Shown piece by piece: positions 17,431-27,851 of a stretch of DNA of 64,000 bases. The DNA is taken from the IMG/VR virus record IMGVR_UViG_3300032224_001591, positions 1 to 64,000 of that record. One strand, 5' to 3'. The notes below the pieces were generated by a model. The model did not search any database. It was not told the origin of the DNA and worked only from the letters and a program-made list of their open reading frames with translations. A program made the position numbers and the translations under genes. Positions within the stretch are counted from its first letter, which is position 1. Each line of letters begins with the position of its first letter. The DNA comes from a virus.

Positions 17431-19392
17431 ATGGCAAATACACCCGTATATACAAGAGGAGTTAAATATATTAAAGTAGCACGAGTAGATGCTAATGGAA
17501 AAGATAATTCAAATCAATTACAAAATCTAACAGATATTAGAGAAGTATTTTCTGATATTAGTTATCCTATCCAATATGATATTGTTAGTGTAACTGAATA
17601 TCCAACCTACTATCTTTATGCTACTATACCAACCGATATTACATCATCTGCTAATCAAGAAGTATTAAATTATTCCTTATCAGGAAGTTCAACAACTATA
17701 GTAAGTGCACCGGCTGGTTTTCCTAGTAACCCTCAAAGATTTGTATCAGCTTCTATAAAATCGGGAACAAATACTTTAGGATATTTTAATTCAACTAACG
17801 GTATATATACTTTTGGAAATACACCTAATATATCTTTAAGTTGGACAGCTTCTGTAACAGGTAGCAGAACAGCATTTATTGAAGTTGGTAATTTTTTATT
17901 AAATCAAACTGATTCTAATGGTAATTTTTTAAACCCAACTTCATCCTATAATTTTACATACCCTACCAATACAACCTTTAGAGGCACATTTTCAGGATCT
18001 TTTACTCCTGTAGAAAATCAAACCTATGGTTTTGGTATTTCAAACAATGCTAGTGGATTAACGGGTATAACTAATTTTCAATTTTCAATAACACAATCTT
18101 ATAATACTCAATCTTCTACAACAGATGTAGTAGTATTAGAACCATATGTTGATGAAAATTTTGATAATAGTGATTGTAATGTTCTACAAAATAATGTTGA
18201 TATAAATAGATTTGATGGATTTTTTATGGAAATGGATTTTACAAGTGGATCTATTTTACCTCAAAATCAACAAGCAATATTAAGTGGCTCAGCAATGAGA
18301 GCACAAGTTCAGCCTTGGAATTATACATATTCTTCTCAAGTAATAAGTAGATATAGTGGTAAAGAACAAAATGCTATTGCTGTAAATGTCTACACAAGTG
18401 CTAGCCAATTTGTAACAGCATCAGCATATGGATTTAGTGGTTCATGGCCGGGTGATACAACCTCTCCTTCATTGAATGGTGGAATAGTTATCCAACAATT
18501 AGATAGTTGTATTTATGAAACTAATTGGGCTGGGGGAGGATATCCTGAAAATTCATACGGTGGTGCTTTTAGTTTAGGAGATATAATGTTAGTAGGAGAA
18601 AATAAAGACGTTGTTCAAATATTTAAATCAGACAGTCCTTTATACTATCAAATTTTAAATCAAAATTTATCCTTTAGATCATCATTTATTCAAAGATCAT
18701 ATACCCCTAATAATGCTTTATCCTCTCAGTTAACCTCATTATACCCAGGAGTACAACTTCAAGATGCAGCTTATTGGGTACCTTCAAATTACACTATTAG
18801 TTCTTTAAATCAAGGTGGTTATTTTTATCCAACTGGTTCACCTACGTATAATGTGCCCTATATGAATTTTGCTACAGTAATTACTAACCTAATATATCTA
18901 CCCTCAGGGACCAGAAATTCATCAGGCACACAACAAACAGGTTCTTTAGCTACAGCAAGTATAGCTTTTGCTTCTATTTCAAGTAGTTTAAATGCTGGAA
19001 ATAAATGGTATTTAAGTTTTTATCAATCTTTAGGAAATATAGCTGATGGAACTGATTTTTATCAATATGGTTATCCTTTTGAAGTAACTAAAATGGTTCA
19101 AAATGGTATTTATTCTTATGATTTTTTACTTAAAGCAGATGCAAGATCCTATTTTCCAACCAGTAGCAATCCATATTCCGCTTATCCTATAGGCTACTCA
19201 GGTAGCCAAAGTAACACTGGAGTATTATTTGTTCAAGGAATACCAAATCAAAATCAATTAGTAGCATATGGTGATAACTGGCAGGATTTTAGTTCAAATG
19301 CTGGATATTTAACTTTACCTTATCCTAAAGCAGTTATAACTCAAAACGCTAATTATATTACTAAACAATATGGTAATAATCCAAACCCTTAA
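17431..19392 (+). CDS. Virion structural protein
   Basis: S/T/N/Y-rich beta protein in the tail operon. Confidence 0.55.
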   Translation: MANTPVYTRGVKYIKVARVDANGKDNSNQLQNLTDIREVFSDISYPIQYDIVSVTEYPTYYLYATIPTDITSSANQEVLNYSLSGSSTTIVSAPAGFPSNPQRFVSASIKSGTNTLGYFNSTNGIYTFGNTPNISLSWTASVTGSRTAFIEVGNFLLNQTDSNGNFLNPTSSYNFTYPTNTTFRGTFSGSFTPVENQTYGFGISNNASGLTGITNFQFSITQSYNTQSSTTDVVVLEPYVDENFDNSDCNVLQNNVDINRFDGFFMEMDFTSGSILPQNQQAILSGSAMRAQVQPWNYTYSSQVISRYSGKEQNAIAVNVYTSASQFVTASAYGFSGSWPGDTTSPSLNGGIVIQQLDSCIYETNWAGGGYPENSYGGAFSLGDIMLVGENKDVVQIFKSDSPLYYQILNQNLSFRSSFIQRSYTPNNALSSQLTSLYPGVQLQDAAYWVPSNYTISSLNQGGYFYPTGSPTYNVPYMNFATVITNLIYLPSGTRNSSGTQQTGSLATASIAFASISSSLNAGNKWYLSFYQSLGNIADGTDFYQYGYPFEVTKMVQNGIYSYDFLLKADARSYFPTSSNPYSAYPIGYSGSQSNTGVLFVQGIPNQNQLVAYGDNWQDFSSNAGYLTLPYPKAVITQNANYITKQYGNNPNP

Positions 19393-19439
19393 TTAAAAAT
19401 TAAAAATTATATATATTTATAACAAAATAAACATTAAAA

Positions 19440-20090
19440 ATGGGATATTTAAATAACACGATAGTAACAGTTGATGCGATCCTAACAACCAAAGGTCGCC
19501 AGTTACTAGCTCAAAACGATGGTACGTTCCGTATTACTCAATTTGCTTTAGCAGATGATGAAATCGATTACACCTTGTACAATCCAAACCATCCATCAGG
19601 TTCTGCTTATTATGGTCAAGCAATTGAAAACATGCCTTTGTTAGAAGCCTTTCCTTTGGAAACTCAAACAATGAAATATAAATTAGTTACGTTACCACGT
19701 GGTACAGCTAAAATGCCAATTTTAAATGTTGGTTATGCTTCAATTACAATTAAACAAGGTGCTTCATTAGCTATTACTCCTCAAACATTAAATTATATTG
19801 GTGGTAATACTTACGAAACAAGTGGATATTCATATACAATTGGTGATGTTAGAACAATGGCAACGTTTGATGGTGTTGGTATTAATACTCCAAATGCTAC
19901 AGCGTTAAATGCAACTACAACATTAGGTACAAGCGTATCTAAAACAGTTATTGGTACTACATTAAACATGAAAGCAACAACTGTAAATACATTGTTTGGT
20001 TCAAATACAGCATTATATACTACATTGACCGTAATTGGTAGAGATAGTGGTGCTAGAGTAACTATACCTGTAACTGTAACTAAAGTTTAA
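19440..20090 (+). CDS. Baseplate/tail structural protein
   Basis: DAILTTKGRQLLA...ITQFALADDEIDY, resembling a tail-collar/fibre-attachment N-terminus. Confidence 0.6.
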   Translation: MGYLNNTIVTVDAILTTKGRQLLAQNDGTFRITQFALADDEIDYTLYNPNHPSGSAYYGQAIENMPLLEAFPLETQTMKYKLVTLPRGTAKMPILNVGYASITIKQGASLAITPQTLNYIGGNTYETSGYSYTIGDVRTMATFDGVGINTPNATALNATTTLGTSVSKTVIGTTLNMKATTVNTLFGSNTALYTTLTVIGRDSGARVTIPVTVTKV

Positions 20091-20114
20091 AAAATAAAAA
20101 TATAAAATAATAAT

Positions 20115-21164
20115 ATGGCTGGAACATTTATAACACTAGACCCTGCAGACTTTGTAGTAAGCTCAGATGCAATTACAGCAACGCTATGGTCAGGAGGATC
20201 TCCAACATTATCTACATTCTACACTTCATCAACACAAGAAGCAGGTTCATCAGGTAATTTTTACTTAAACGTATATCAAACCGCATCTACTGATTCTAAT
20301 GCAGCTATTCAATTTGCTATTGCTTATGGTAATAATAATGGTAGTGGTAGTCAAGATTATAATTTAGCGGTAGATGGTTATTCACCAACATCGACAATTT
20401 TTGGTCAATGGCAAGATTTAGTAATTGGAGATGAAAATACAAATTTTACATTTGGTACAATTACATCTTCTCAATTTTACGTCTTATCAGTTGATAGAAC
20501 AAGATATAAAGAAGCATTAGCTTTAGGCACTTTATCTTTAACATTATCAGGTAGTTCAGGTTCAATTACCTTAACTGATAATAGTAATTATACAACAGCC
20601 GTTACAACTACAGGTGCTGGAGTAACAGTATATCAATTAATTACAGGTTCTCAAGGTACTAAAGCAACAATTACTTCTAGAAATACAGCTGATGGATACT
20701 CAGCAAACTCAGGTTCTTATGGTTGGTTATTACCACAATTAGGAGCTATTGTTTTGAATCCTTTAGCATTAGCTGATTTTGCTACAAGTGGAGGTATTGG
20801 GTTTCAATATAGTGGTTCATCTACAGGTTCTGTAGTTCCAAATAATTCACCGAATAGAAGTTTATACCAAGCAATTAGTGGATCAGGTAATTTTAAATTA
20901 AATAGTCAAGAAACAATTACTTCAGATTACGTGTTTGTAAGAGCAAGAAGTTCAGAATTTAATTATTCAGAAAACCCATCTTATATTTCAGGCTCAACTG
21001 GTGAAGTATTGTATCCTTACTTTATTAATAATCCTCAAACGTATATTACTACAATTGGTTTATATAACGATTCAACTGAGTTACTAGCAGTAGCTAAATT
21101 ATCAAGACCATTGTTAAAAAACTTTACTAAAGAAGCTTTAGTTAGAGTTAAGTTAGATTTTTAA
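20115..21164 (+). CDS. Baseplate/tail structural protein
   Basis: C-terminal YITTIGLYND..ELLAVAKLSRPL motif. Confidence 0.6.
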   Translation: MAGTFITLDPADFVVSSDAITATLWSGGSPTLSTFYTSSTQEAGSSGNFYLNVYQTASTDSNAAIQFAIAYGNNNGSGSQDYNLAVDGYSPTSTIFGQWQDLVIGDENTNFTFGTITSSQFYVLSVDRTRYKEALALGTLSLTLSGSSGSITLTDNSNYTTAVTTTGAGVTVYQLITGSQGTKATITSRNTADGYSANSGSYGWLLPQLGAIVLNPLALADFATSGGIGFQYSGSSTGSVVPNNSPNRSLYQAISGSGNFKLNSQETITSDYVFVRARSSEFNYSENPSYISGSTGEVLYPYFINNPQTYITTIGLYNDSTELLAVAKLSRPLLKNFTKEALVRVKLDF

Positions 21165-21167
21165 TGG

Positions 21168-22187
21168 ATGATAGCATTCAAACAATTATTAACATCTGAT
21201 GTCATAGTGACACCGCTAGAGGTAAACAAAGCGTTTGCCTTTAGTGGTAGTCAATTAATTAGTTCTAGTGTAGGTATAGATAGATTTTTAGGAGCTTTAT
21301 CAACAGCAAGTTTATTTGATCCTACAACCGAACCTACAACCGGTTATTTATCAACCCAATACCAAACATTAGTATATAGTTCAATTAGAGAACTATATTA
21401 TTCAAACTATATAGGTAATCTTTACGGTAGTCCTTTAAATACAGCTAGTCTTGTACCTAATACTGTTCCTGTATTAGCTCCTCAAAGTTTACCAACAACA
21501 GGGGTATTAGTAGGTACTACACCATCACCCGGACTATATGATAATTACTTACAAAGTACATTAACTTTTCCTCGATATTTTCCTTCAGGTTCTTATATTC
21601 CCCCGGGTTCAAGTTATGGAACAGGATCTTATGGTATAGGAATATTCCAAGGATATCCAGTAACAGCAACTATTGGTGTTATATCAATCCCAAGTCGTTT
21701 ATACGGAGATTTTATTCAACCTAACTCATTTATATTTACGGCACCAAGTGGAACATTTTATGATGATGGTGAAGGTAATTTATTATTATCCGGTTCAAAT
21801 ATATTGTGTGGAAATATATTCTATGGACAAGGTTTAGCAGTAATAACATCAGGTTCAATATCAGCTTCAGTAGCTATTGACATACTTAATTATATAACAT
21901 CTTCAAATATAACATGTTCATTCTCTTCTTCACTTACTATTTATGAAAATCAATATAAATGTACTATTAGAGAAAATGAATTTACTTACACATTAAATCC
22001 AACTTTAACTACAGACCAAAGTGGTTCCTTACCAGGTTATGTAACCGGATCTTATTGGTCTCCATATGTAACAACAGTAGGTTTATATGATGATGCTCAA
22101 AACTTACTTGCTATAGGAAAATTAGCTCAACCATTACAAACATCGCCTACAACAGATACTACAATACTTATAAACATAGATATGTAA
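21168..22187 (+). CDS. Baseplate/tail structural protein (paralogue of previous)
   Basis: YVTTVGLYDDAQNLLAIGKLAQPL; DDGEGNL. Confidence 0.6.
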   Translation: MIAFKQLLTSDVIVTPLEVNKAFAFSGSQLISSSVGIDRFLGALSTASLFDPTTEPTTGYLSTQYQTLVYSSIRELYYSNYIGNLYGSPLNTASLVPNTVPVLAPQSLPTTGVLVGTTPSPGLYDNYLQSTLTFPRYFPSGSYIPPGSSYGTGSYGIGIFQGYPVTATIGVISIPSRLYGDFIQPNSFIFTAPSGTFYDDGEGNLLLSGSNILCGNIFYGQGLAVITSGSISASVAIDILNYITSSNITCSFSSSLTIYENQYKCTIRENEFTYTLNPTLTTDQSGSLPGYVTGSYWSPYVTTVGLYDDAQNLLAIGKLAQPLQTSPTTDTTILINIDM

Positions 22188-22190
22188 GTT

Positions 22191-22658
22191 ATGATGCAAA
22201 AAGAAAAATGCATCTATGTTGAGGATCTTATAAACGATCCAACATTCAACACAGATGACTATTACGGTTACGTTTACCTGACAACTAATTTAGAAACAGG
22301 TCGTCAGTATATAGGCAAAAAAATATTTAGACATACCACAAATAAAAAATTAGGTAAAAAGGAATTAACCGCTTTACCAACTCAACGTGGTCGTGTTCCG
22401 TCTAAAAAGAAAGTAGTTAAAGAATCCGATTGGAAAACATATTATGGTTCAGCTGATGAAGTTAAACAATGGGCTAAAACAACGCCTACTGATAAACTCA
22501 CTCGTGTTGTATTACGTTTATGTAGATCGTCGAAGGAATTAACTTATTATGAGACCAAATACCTATTTGATTATAACGTGTTAGCCGATGATAAAATATG
22601 GGTTAACAGTAATATATTAGGAAAATTCTTCCCCAAAGATTTGGCTTCCCAAGAGTAA
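22191..22658 (+). CDS. GIY-YIG nuclease, T4 endonuclease II (DenA)-like
   Basis: GYVYLTTNLETGRQYIGKK...ESDWKTYYGS...LTYYE. Confidence 0.75.
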   Translation: MMQKEKCIYVEDLINDPTFNTDDYYGYVYLTTNLETGRQYIGKKIFRHTTNKKLGKKELTALPTQRGRVPSKKKVVKESDWKTYYGSADEVKQWAKTTPTDKLTRVVLRLCRSSKELTYYETKYLFDYNVLADDKIWVNSNILGKFFPKDLASQE

Positions 22659-22671
22659 GGTCGTATATTAA
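22641..22671 (+). promoter_or_regulatory. Host-sigma-type promoter for primase
   Basis: TTGGC-N15-TCGTATATTAA. Confidence 0.65.
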
Positions 22672-22676
22672 TGGTT

Positions 22677-23603
22677 ATGGTAAATCAAGCTTTAATTGCA
22701 ATTACAAACTCGGTGTTAGGTAGTGGTAAATCTACTGCTCGAAACAACTATGCTTATACTTGCCCTTTCTGTAAACACCATAAACCAAAACTAGAAATCA
22801 ATTTTACTGAAAATGCTAAAGGTGAAAACGCTTGGCATTGTTGGGCTTGTGATAAAAAAGGTAAGAAATTGGTTCAACTATTTAAATTAATAGATATACC
22901 ACCCGAAAAAATATTAGAGTTAAAAACCTATCTAAAATCAGATACGGACTATAACGTAATATCATCAACTGAAAAAATTAGCCTACCTAAAGAATACATT
23001 TCACTAGTTAATCCACCTAAGTCAATCATGGCTAAACATGCTGTGGCTTATTTGAAAAAACGAAATATTAGTGAATGTGATATTATAAAATATAATCTAG
23101 GATATTGTGAAAAAGGAGTATATGCCAATCGTATAATAATACCATCTTATGATGAGAATGGTAACTTAAATTATTTTACAGCACGCAGTTTCGAAAAAAC
23201 AAATCCAATTAAATATAAAAACCCAAATTCTTCTCGTAACATTATTCCGTTTGAATTCTTTATAAACTGGGATTTACCATTAGTGTTATGTGAAGGACCA
23301 TTTGATGCTATTGCTATTAAACGTAATGTTATACCTTTATTAGGTAAAAATATCCAATCCAGTTTAATGAAAAAAATTGTTATGTCATCTGTTTCTAAAA
23401 TATACATTGCTTTAGATAAAGATGCTCAAAAACAAGCATTAAATTTTTGCCAACAACTTATGAATGAAGGCAAAGAAGTATATCTAGTTGATATGCAAGA
23501 CAAAGACCCATCTGAAATGGGATTTAAACAATTCACCAACGTTATACAAGAAACTGACTCTTTAAATTTTTCAGACTTGTTAGCTAAAAAACTCATGTTA
23601 TGA
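22677..23603 (+). CDS. DNA primase (zinc-binding domain + TOPRIM)
   Basis: CPFC...WHCWAC, RIIIP, LCEGPFDA, IALDKDA, KDPSE. Start is ATG22671 or ATG22677. Confidence 0.9.
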   Translation: MVNQALIAITNSVLGSGKSTARNNYAYTCPFCKHHKPKLEINFTENAKGENAWHCWACDKKGKKLVQLFKLIDIPPEKILELKTYLKSDTDYNVISSTEKISLPKEYISLVNPPKSIMAKHAVAYLKKRNISECDIIKYNLGYCEKGVYANRIIIPSYDENGNLNYFTARSFEKTNPIKYKNPNSSRNIIPFEFFINWDLPLVLCEGPFDAIAIKRNVIPLLGKNIQSSLMKKIVMSSVSKIYIALDKDAQKQALNFCQQLMNEGKEVYLVDMQDKDPSEMGFKQFTNVIQETDSLNFSDLLAKKLML

Positions 23604-24436
23604 TTGAGAAACATTCAAACATTATCCGCGATCCTAAAATTAAAAGAATTGTAGAATACAGTAATGACAATAAACAAGTAAACGTATTAGATAAAAGATT
23701 TTATAGACGTAACGAAAAATATTATCCATCTGTATCAAGTATCTTAAATTATTTTCCTAAAAATCAATATTTTCATAGCTGGTTAAAAGACGTAGGACAC
23801 AATAGTGATATCATCGCTCAAAAAGCAGCTTGGGAAGGTACACAAGTACACAATGCAATTGAAAGTTTTCTTGAAGGAAACGAAATAACCTGGATAGATA
23901 AAGACGGAAACGCTTTATACAATTTAGATGTTTGGAGAATGATATTACGTTTTGCTGATTTTTGGAACACAATTCAACCTGAACTTATATCAACCGAATA
24001 TCATTTATTCTCAGACGAATATGAATTCGCAGGTACAGCAGATATTATTTGTCGTATAGATGGAAAATTACATTTACTTGATATTAAAACATCTAATTCA
24101 ATTCATAGCTCATATAATTTGCAGTTAGCAGCATACGCTCAGGCTTGGAATGAAACACATAATGAAAAAGTAGTAGACACAGGTATAGTATGGTTAAAAT
24201 CATCTACACGTGGTCCTTCAAAAGATAAAATTCAAGGTAACGGATGGCAGTTAAAACAAATCGGGGAAATCGAAAAACATTTTAGTATGTTTACAAAAAT
24301 ATACGATATATACCGTATGGAAAACCCGGATTCTAAACCTGCAACCGAGACTTTACCTACAACAATTAAGATAGCTACTGGAAAACCTGCGCTTCTTGTT
24401 GAGGAAACAAAAAAGTCAACCAAGAAGAAAAAATAA
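23600..24436 (+). CDS. PD-(D/E)XK exonuclease
   Basis: YPSVSSIL, GTQVHNAIE, FAGTADII....LLDIKTS, QLAAYA. Confidence 0.85.
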   Translation: MIEKHSNIIRDPKIKRIVEYSNDNKQVNVLDKRFYRRNEKYYPSVSSILNYFPKNQYFHSWLKDVGHNSDIIAQKAAWEGTQVHNAIESFLEGNEITWIDKDGNALYNLDVWRMILRFADFWNTIQPELISTEYHLFSDEYEFAGTADIICRIDGKLHLLDIKTSNSIHSSYNLQLAAYAQAWNETHNEKVVDTGIVWLKSSTRGPSKDKIQGNGWQLKQIGEIEKHFSMFTKIYDIYRMENPDSKPATETLPTTIKIATGKPALLVEETKKSTKKKK

Positions 24437-24480
24437 ATTATCCATATTCCTTCAATATTTATAGGTAACATTCTGCTTTG

Positions 24481-25281
24481 ATGATTAAATTATTAAAAAT
24501 ATTGAAAGAGGCGACTAATTCACCTAAAGCAATTATCCTTGCAGGCGCTCCAGGTGCCGGTAAGGGTACAGTGCTAGGTGGTTTAAATTTAAGTAACTTA
24601 AAAGTATTTAATTTAGACGATACAATTGCCGCTTTATCTAAACAACAAGGTTTTACTCTAAACCAAAAATTAGCTAGCGCAGAAGAACGTAGTAAATTTG
24701 CTACCGCAATGGCCGCTGCAACTAAAAATATAAAAACAGAATTAATCCCTAATGCGATAGCAAATGGGGATTCTTTTATATTAGACGGCACTTCAGCATC
24801 AGTTAAAAATACAGTTGAACTTAAAAAACAACTTGAAGATGCTGGTTACGATGTGATGATGTTATATGTTTATACTGATCTAGAAACAGCATTAGAACGT
24901 AACGAAAAACGATTTGAAAAATCTAAAGGCGAAGACAGAAGTTTATACCCTGGAGCTGTATTAAGCACATGGTTGAGCGTAGCTAAAAACTTCGAAACAT
25001 ATCAACAATTATTTGGTGATAATTTTGTATCGGTATCAAATGTAGGTAACGATGAAACTTTAAAGGATATTGAAGCGATATTACAAAAATATATCTATCC
25101 ATTTACTCCAAAAGACGCTAAACCAAAAACCGATAAGGAAAAAGCAAAATCAAAAGAACAAGCAGCTAAATTAAACGCTGATATGCAAGCCTTCCTAAAC
25201 TCAGATCAAACTCAAAACATAATCAATTCATCTGTTTCTGTAAAAGAGGCACAATCAAAAATTAAACAATTCTTATCATGA
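24481..25281 (+). CDS. Zeta-toxin/AAA_33-like P-loop kinase with MIKLxxILxE leader
   Basis: GAPGAGKGT, FILDGT, ETALERN.KR. Confidence 0.75.
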   Translation: MIKLLKILKEATNSPKAIILAGAPGAGKGTVLGGLNLSNLKVFNLDDTIAALSKQQGFTLNQKLASAEERSKFATAMAAATKNIKTELIPNAIANGDSFILDGTSASVKNTVELKKQLEDAGYDVMMLYVYTDLETALERNEKRFEKSKGEDRSLYPGAVLSTWLSVAKNFETYQQLFGDNFVSVSNVGNDETLKDIEAILQKYIYPFTPKDAKPKTDKEKAKSKEQAAKLNADMQAFLNSDQTQNIINSSVSVKEAQSKIKQFLS

Positions 25282-25664
25282 GAACATCATTAGTGAATTT
25301 ATTAAAAGAATCCGCTGAATTAGGCGAATTAAATGAAATGGAAAAACATCCTGACTTAGTAGACGAAGTAGGTAAGTTTTTTGTAGTAGAAAAACCATCT
25401 AAAGACAGTACTAAAGATGATATTTTATTTCAATCCGATATTTTCTACTTTGCTAATCAAATAAAAGGTGGATTAAAACCTGAAAACGTTGTAGGTTTAT
25501 ATAAAAATAAATCCGATGCTAATCGTATAGCAACTGAACTTTTAAAAGCACGTGATACACAATTAGATGAACTTAAAGCTTCAATGGAAGAATATAGATC
25601 AACTAAAAAAGATATCGAAGATAAAAAATCTAAAGCAAAGGAATTAATCCAGAAACTTAAATAA
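25278..25664 (+). CDS. Hypothetical protein
   Basis: Coupled ORF with LVNLLKES leader and C-terminal coiled coil. Confidence 0.7.
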   Translation: MRTSLVNLLKESAELGELNEMEKHPDLVDEVGKFFVVEKPSKDSTKDDILFQSDIFYFANQIKGGLKPENVVGLYKNKSDANRIATELLKARDTQLDELKASMEEYRSTKKDIEDKKSKAKELIQKLK

Positions 25665-26746
25665 TGAATCAACTCGTTCAAGAATTAATTAAGGATCTTT
25701 TAGAACAAAAGAATCAAGACTATACTATTTACTTAGATATAGATGATACATTAACCAATTATTCTGAACGTTTAAAGTCGATGATAATAGATGATCCTGA
25801 AACAGGCGAAAAACGTCCTATTAAGGCATCTGATACTGTCGATAATTTAGAATTTTGGTCTAGTGCTAAATGGTTACCTGGTGCTAAAGAAATGGTAGAC
25901 TTTATTAAAAGTAATTTTGACAAAGTAGAAATACTATCAGCCGTACCCGAATTATCTAAAGCAAAACAAGCTGAAACTGGAGAACGTTTTTGGAACGCTC
26001 CAATTTTAGGTAAAGAAGATTGGCTAAAAGATAATGTTGGAAATATTAAAACAAATTGGACAAGAAGCGGAAGCCAAAAAGCAGCGTTTGCTCGTCCAAA
26101 TACCATTTTAATTGACGATAAACCAGAAAATATTAGAGCATTTCAAAAGGCAGGTGGTATAGGAATATTATACGATAATCCTTCTAATGTTATAGCTCAA
26201 CTACAATCTTTAAAAGACCAACCAATTCAAGAAGCAATAGTTAGAGATGAAGTAGTTTGTGATAGCTGTGGATGGCATTGGCCCATTGCAGATGGTGGAG
26301 ATGATACATATGTTTGTCATAAATGCGGATATGACAATAATCCTTCAAAAGAAAACTACGAAAACGGTTGGAATCTCAAGAAAGGGGTCGTATCTTTAAC
26401 TAAATACATGATGGACAATGGTATGAATATTAAACCATTTCCTAAAATAAAGGTTATAAATGATGATATTGAAAATGCCGAAAAATTGCTTGGATATACA
26501 GCATATTACAATCCCGGTGAAAAATCAATCACGTTATATACCTTAGGAAGACACCCCAAAGATGTATTACGTTCTTATGCTCATGAAATGGTTCATCATA
26601 TGCAGAACTTAGAAGGTAGATTAGGTAATATTACCACTACCAATACAAACGAAGATGGAAATCTTCCGGATATAGAAAAAGAAGCATACGAAACTGGAAA
26701 CATAATGTTTAGGAATTGGGAAGATAAAGTAAAGAACAATGTATAA
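25664..26746 (+). CDS. Fusion: HAD 5'(3')-nucleotidase-like domain + Zn ribbon + HExxH peptidase-like domain
   Basis: YLDIDDTL...ILIDDKPEN; CDSC...CHKC; AHEMVH...EKEAY. Confidence 0.75.
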   Translation: MNQLVQELIKDLLEQKNQDYTIYLDIDDTLTNYSERLKSMIIDDPETGEKRPIKASDTVDNLEFWSSAKWLPGAKEMVDFIKSNFDKVEILSAVPELSKAKQAETGERFWNAPILGKEDWLKDNVGNIKTNWTRSGSQKAAFARPNTILIDDKPENIRAFQKAGGIGILYDNPSNVIAQLQSLKDQPIQEAIVRDEVVCDSCGWHWPIADGGDDTYVCHKCGYDNNPSKENYENGWNLKKGVVSLTKYMMDNGMNIKPFPKIKVINDDIENAEKLLGYTAYYNPGEKSITLYTLGRHPKDVLRSYAHEMVHHMQNLEGRLGNITTTNTNEDGNLPDIEKEAYETGNIMFRNWEDKVKNNV

Positions 26747-27272
26747 ATATAAATTAACAAGTAAAATACAGCAATTGAGAGAGGAAGAAGAAGCATCCAA
26801 ACCACAATATACTATATATTGTGATATGGATGGAGTTATAGCTGACTTTGATAAGCGTTTTGAACAATTTTTTAAAATGTCTCCTAGAGAATACGAATCT
26901 AAATTTGGTAAAGAACAATTTTGGGACGTAATATCTAAAGAAGGCGTTAAGTTTTGGGTTGGTATTCCTTGGATGCCACAAGGAAAACAATTATGGGACT
27001 ATATCAAACAATATAATCCAATTTTGTTATCAGCACCTTCAAAAGAAAACGAATCACGTTTAGGTAAGAGATTATGGGTTAAAAATAATATACCTGGAAC
27101 TAAATTGATTTTAGCATCTCGTGAAACTAAACAAAACTATTCAAAACCAAACAAAATATTAATAGACGATAGACCTGATACCATCAGTGAATGGAACGCT
27201 AGAGGCGGAACCGGCATACTATTTATATCCACAGATCAAACAATTAACGATTTAAAACAACTAGGACTTTAA
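26739..27272 (+). CDS. HAD-family 5'(3')-deoxyribonucleotidase-like protein
   Basis: IYCDMDGVIADF...ILLSAP...GKRLW...ILIDDRPD. Confidence 0.85.
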   Translation: MYKYKLTSKIQQLREEEEASKPQYTIYCDMDGVIADFDKRFEQFFKMSPREYESKFGKEQFWDVISKEGVKFWVGIPWMPQGKQLWDYIKQYNPILLSAPSKENESRLGKRLWVKNNIPGTKLILASRETKQNYSKPNKILIDDRPDTISEWNARGGTGILFISTDQTINDLKQLGL

Positions 27273-27273
27273 C

Positions 27274-27612
27274 ATGGCATTCAGAAGAGTAATTTTCACA
27301 TCAGATAGTAAATTAGATACAGTTAAACAAGATATTAATCGTTTAATTGATACTAAAAATTTTCAAATTAAATTCCCGGATTGTAAAGTAGCAATCAAAC
27401 CATCAGTTAAACCTGACACTTTAATTGTTGACGTAAACGGAGAAGGTGCAGATTCAGTAGCTAAAAAATTAAAAGACTTAGGTAGTAAACACGGTGTTAC
27501 TGTTAAAATCAAAACAGACGTTAAGTTAACTCCGGCAAACGAATCTAAACTTATGAAAAAATCAGAATTTAGAGCAATGATTAAAGAAGAAATTCTTAAA
27601 ACACTTAAATAA
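27274..27612 (+). CDS. Hypothetical protein with C-terminal MKKSEFRAMIKEE motif
   Basis: Coupled ORF. Confidence 0.7.
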   Translation: MAFRRVIFTSDSKLDTVKQDINRLIDTKNFQIKFPDCKVAIKPSVKPDTLIVDVNGEGADSVAKKLKDLGSKHGVTVKIKTDVKLTPANESKLMKKSEFRAMIKEEILKTLK

Positions 27613-27617
27613 ATAAT

Positions 27618-27851
27618 ATGTCAAAAAATATTAACATATCAGAGTGGCAAAATAGATTATTAAATGAAGAATCATTATCTTATAACGATATATTCTCCGG
27701 TTTACCAAAAACAAATGCTATTGCTTCTGAATTAGGCGCTTACCTTGAATCTTTAGGAATTAAGGGTACTGTAGAATCATATAAAATACAAAGTTTATTA
27801 ATTAAACTATGTACTGAATATGAAAAAGAATTAAATGTAAAATATAAATAA
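27618..27851 (+). CDS. Hypothetical protein
   Basis: Coupled ORF; leader ends LLNEE. Confidence 0.65.
   Translation: MSKNINISEWQNRLLNEESLSYNDIFSGLPKTNAIASELGAYLESLGIKGTVESYKIQSLLIKLCTEYEKELNVKYK

Noticed and set aside
23600-24436. Cas4 / CRISPR association
   Set aside because: No Fe-S cysteine cluster and no array; it is a typical phage PD-(D/E)XK exonuclease next to primase
24481-25664. Epsilon-Zeta toxin-antitoxin module
   Set aside because: No upstream antitoxin-like gene; the kinase carries the same leader as other putative cargo proteins
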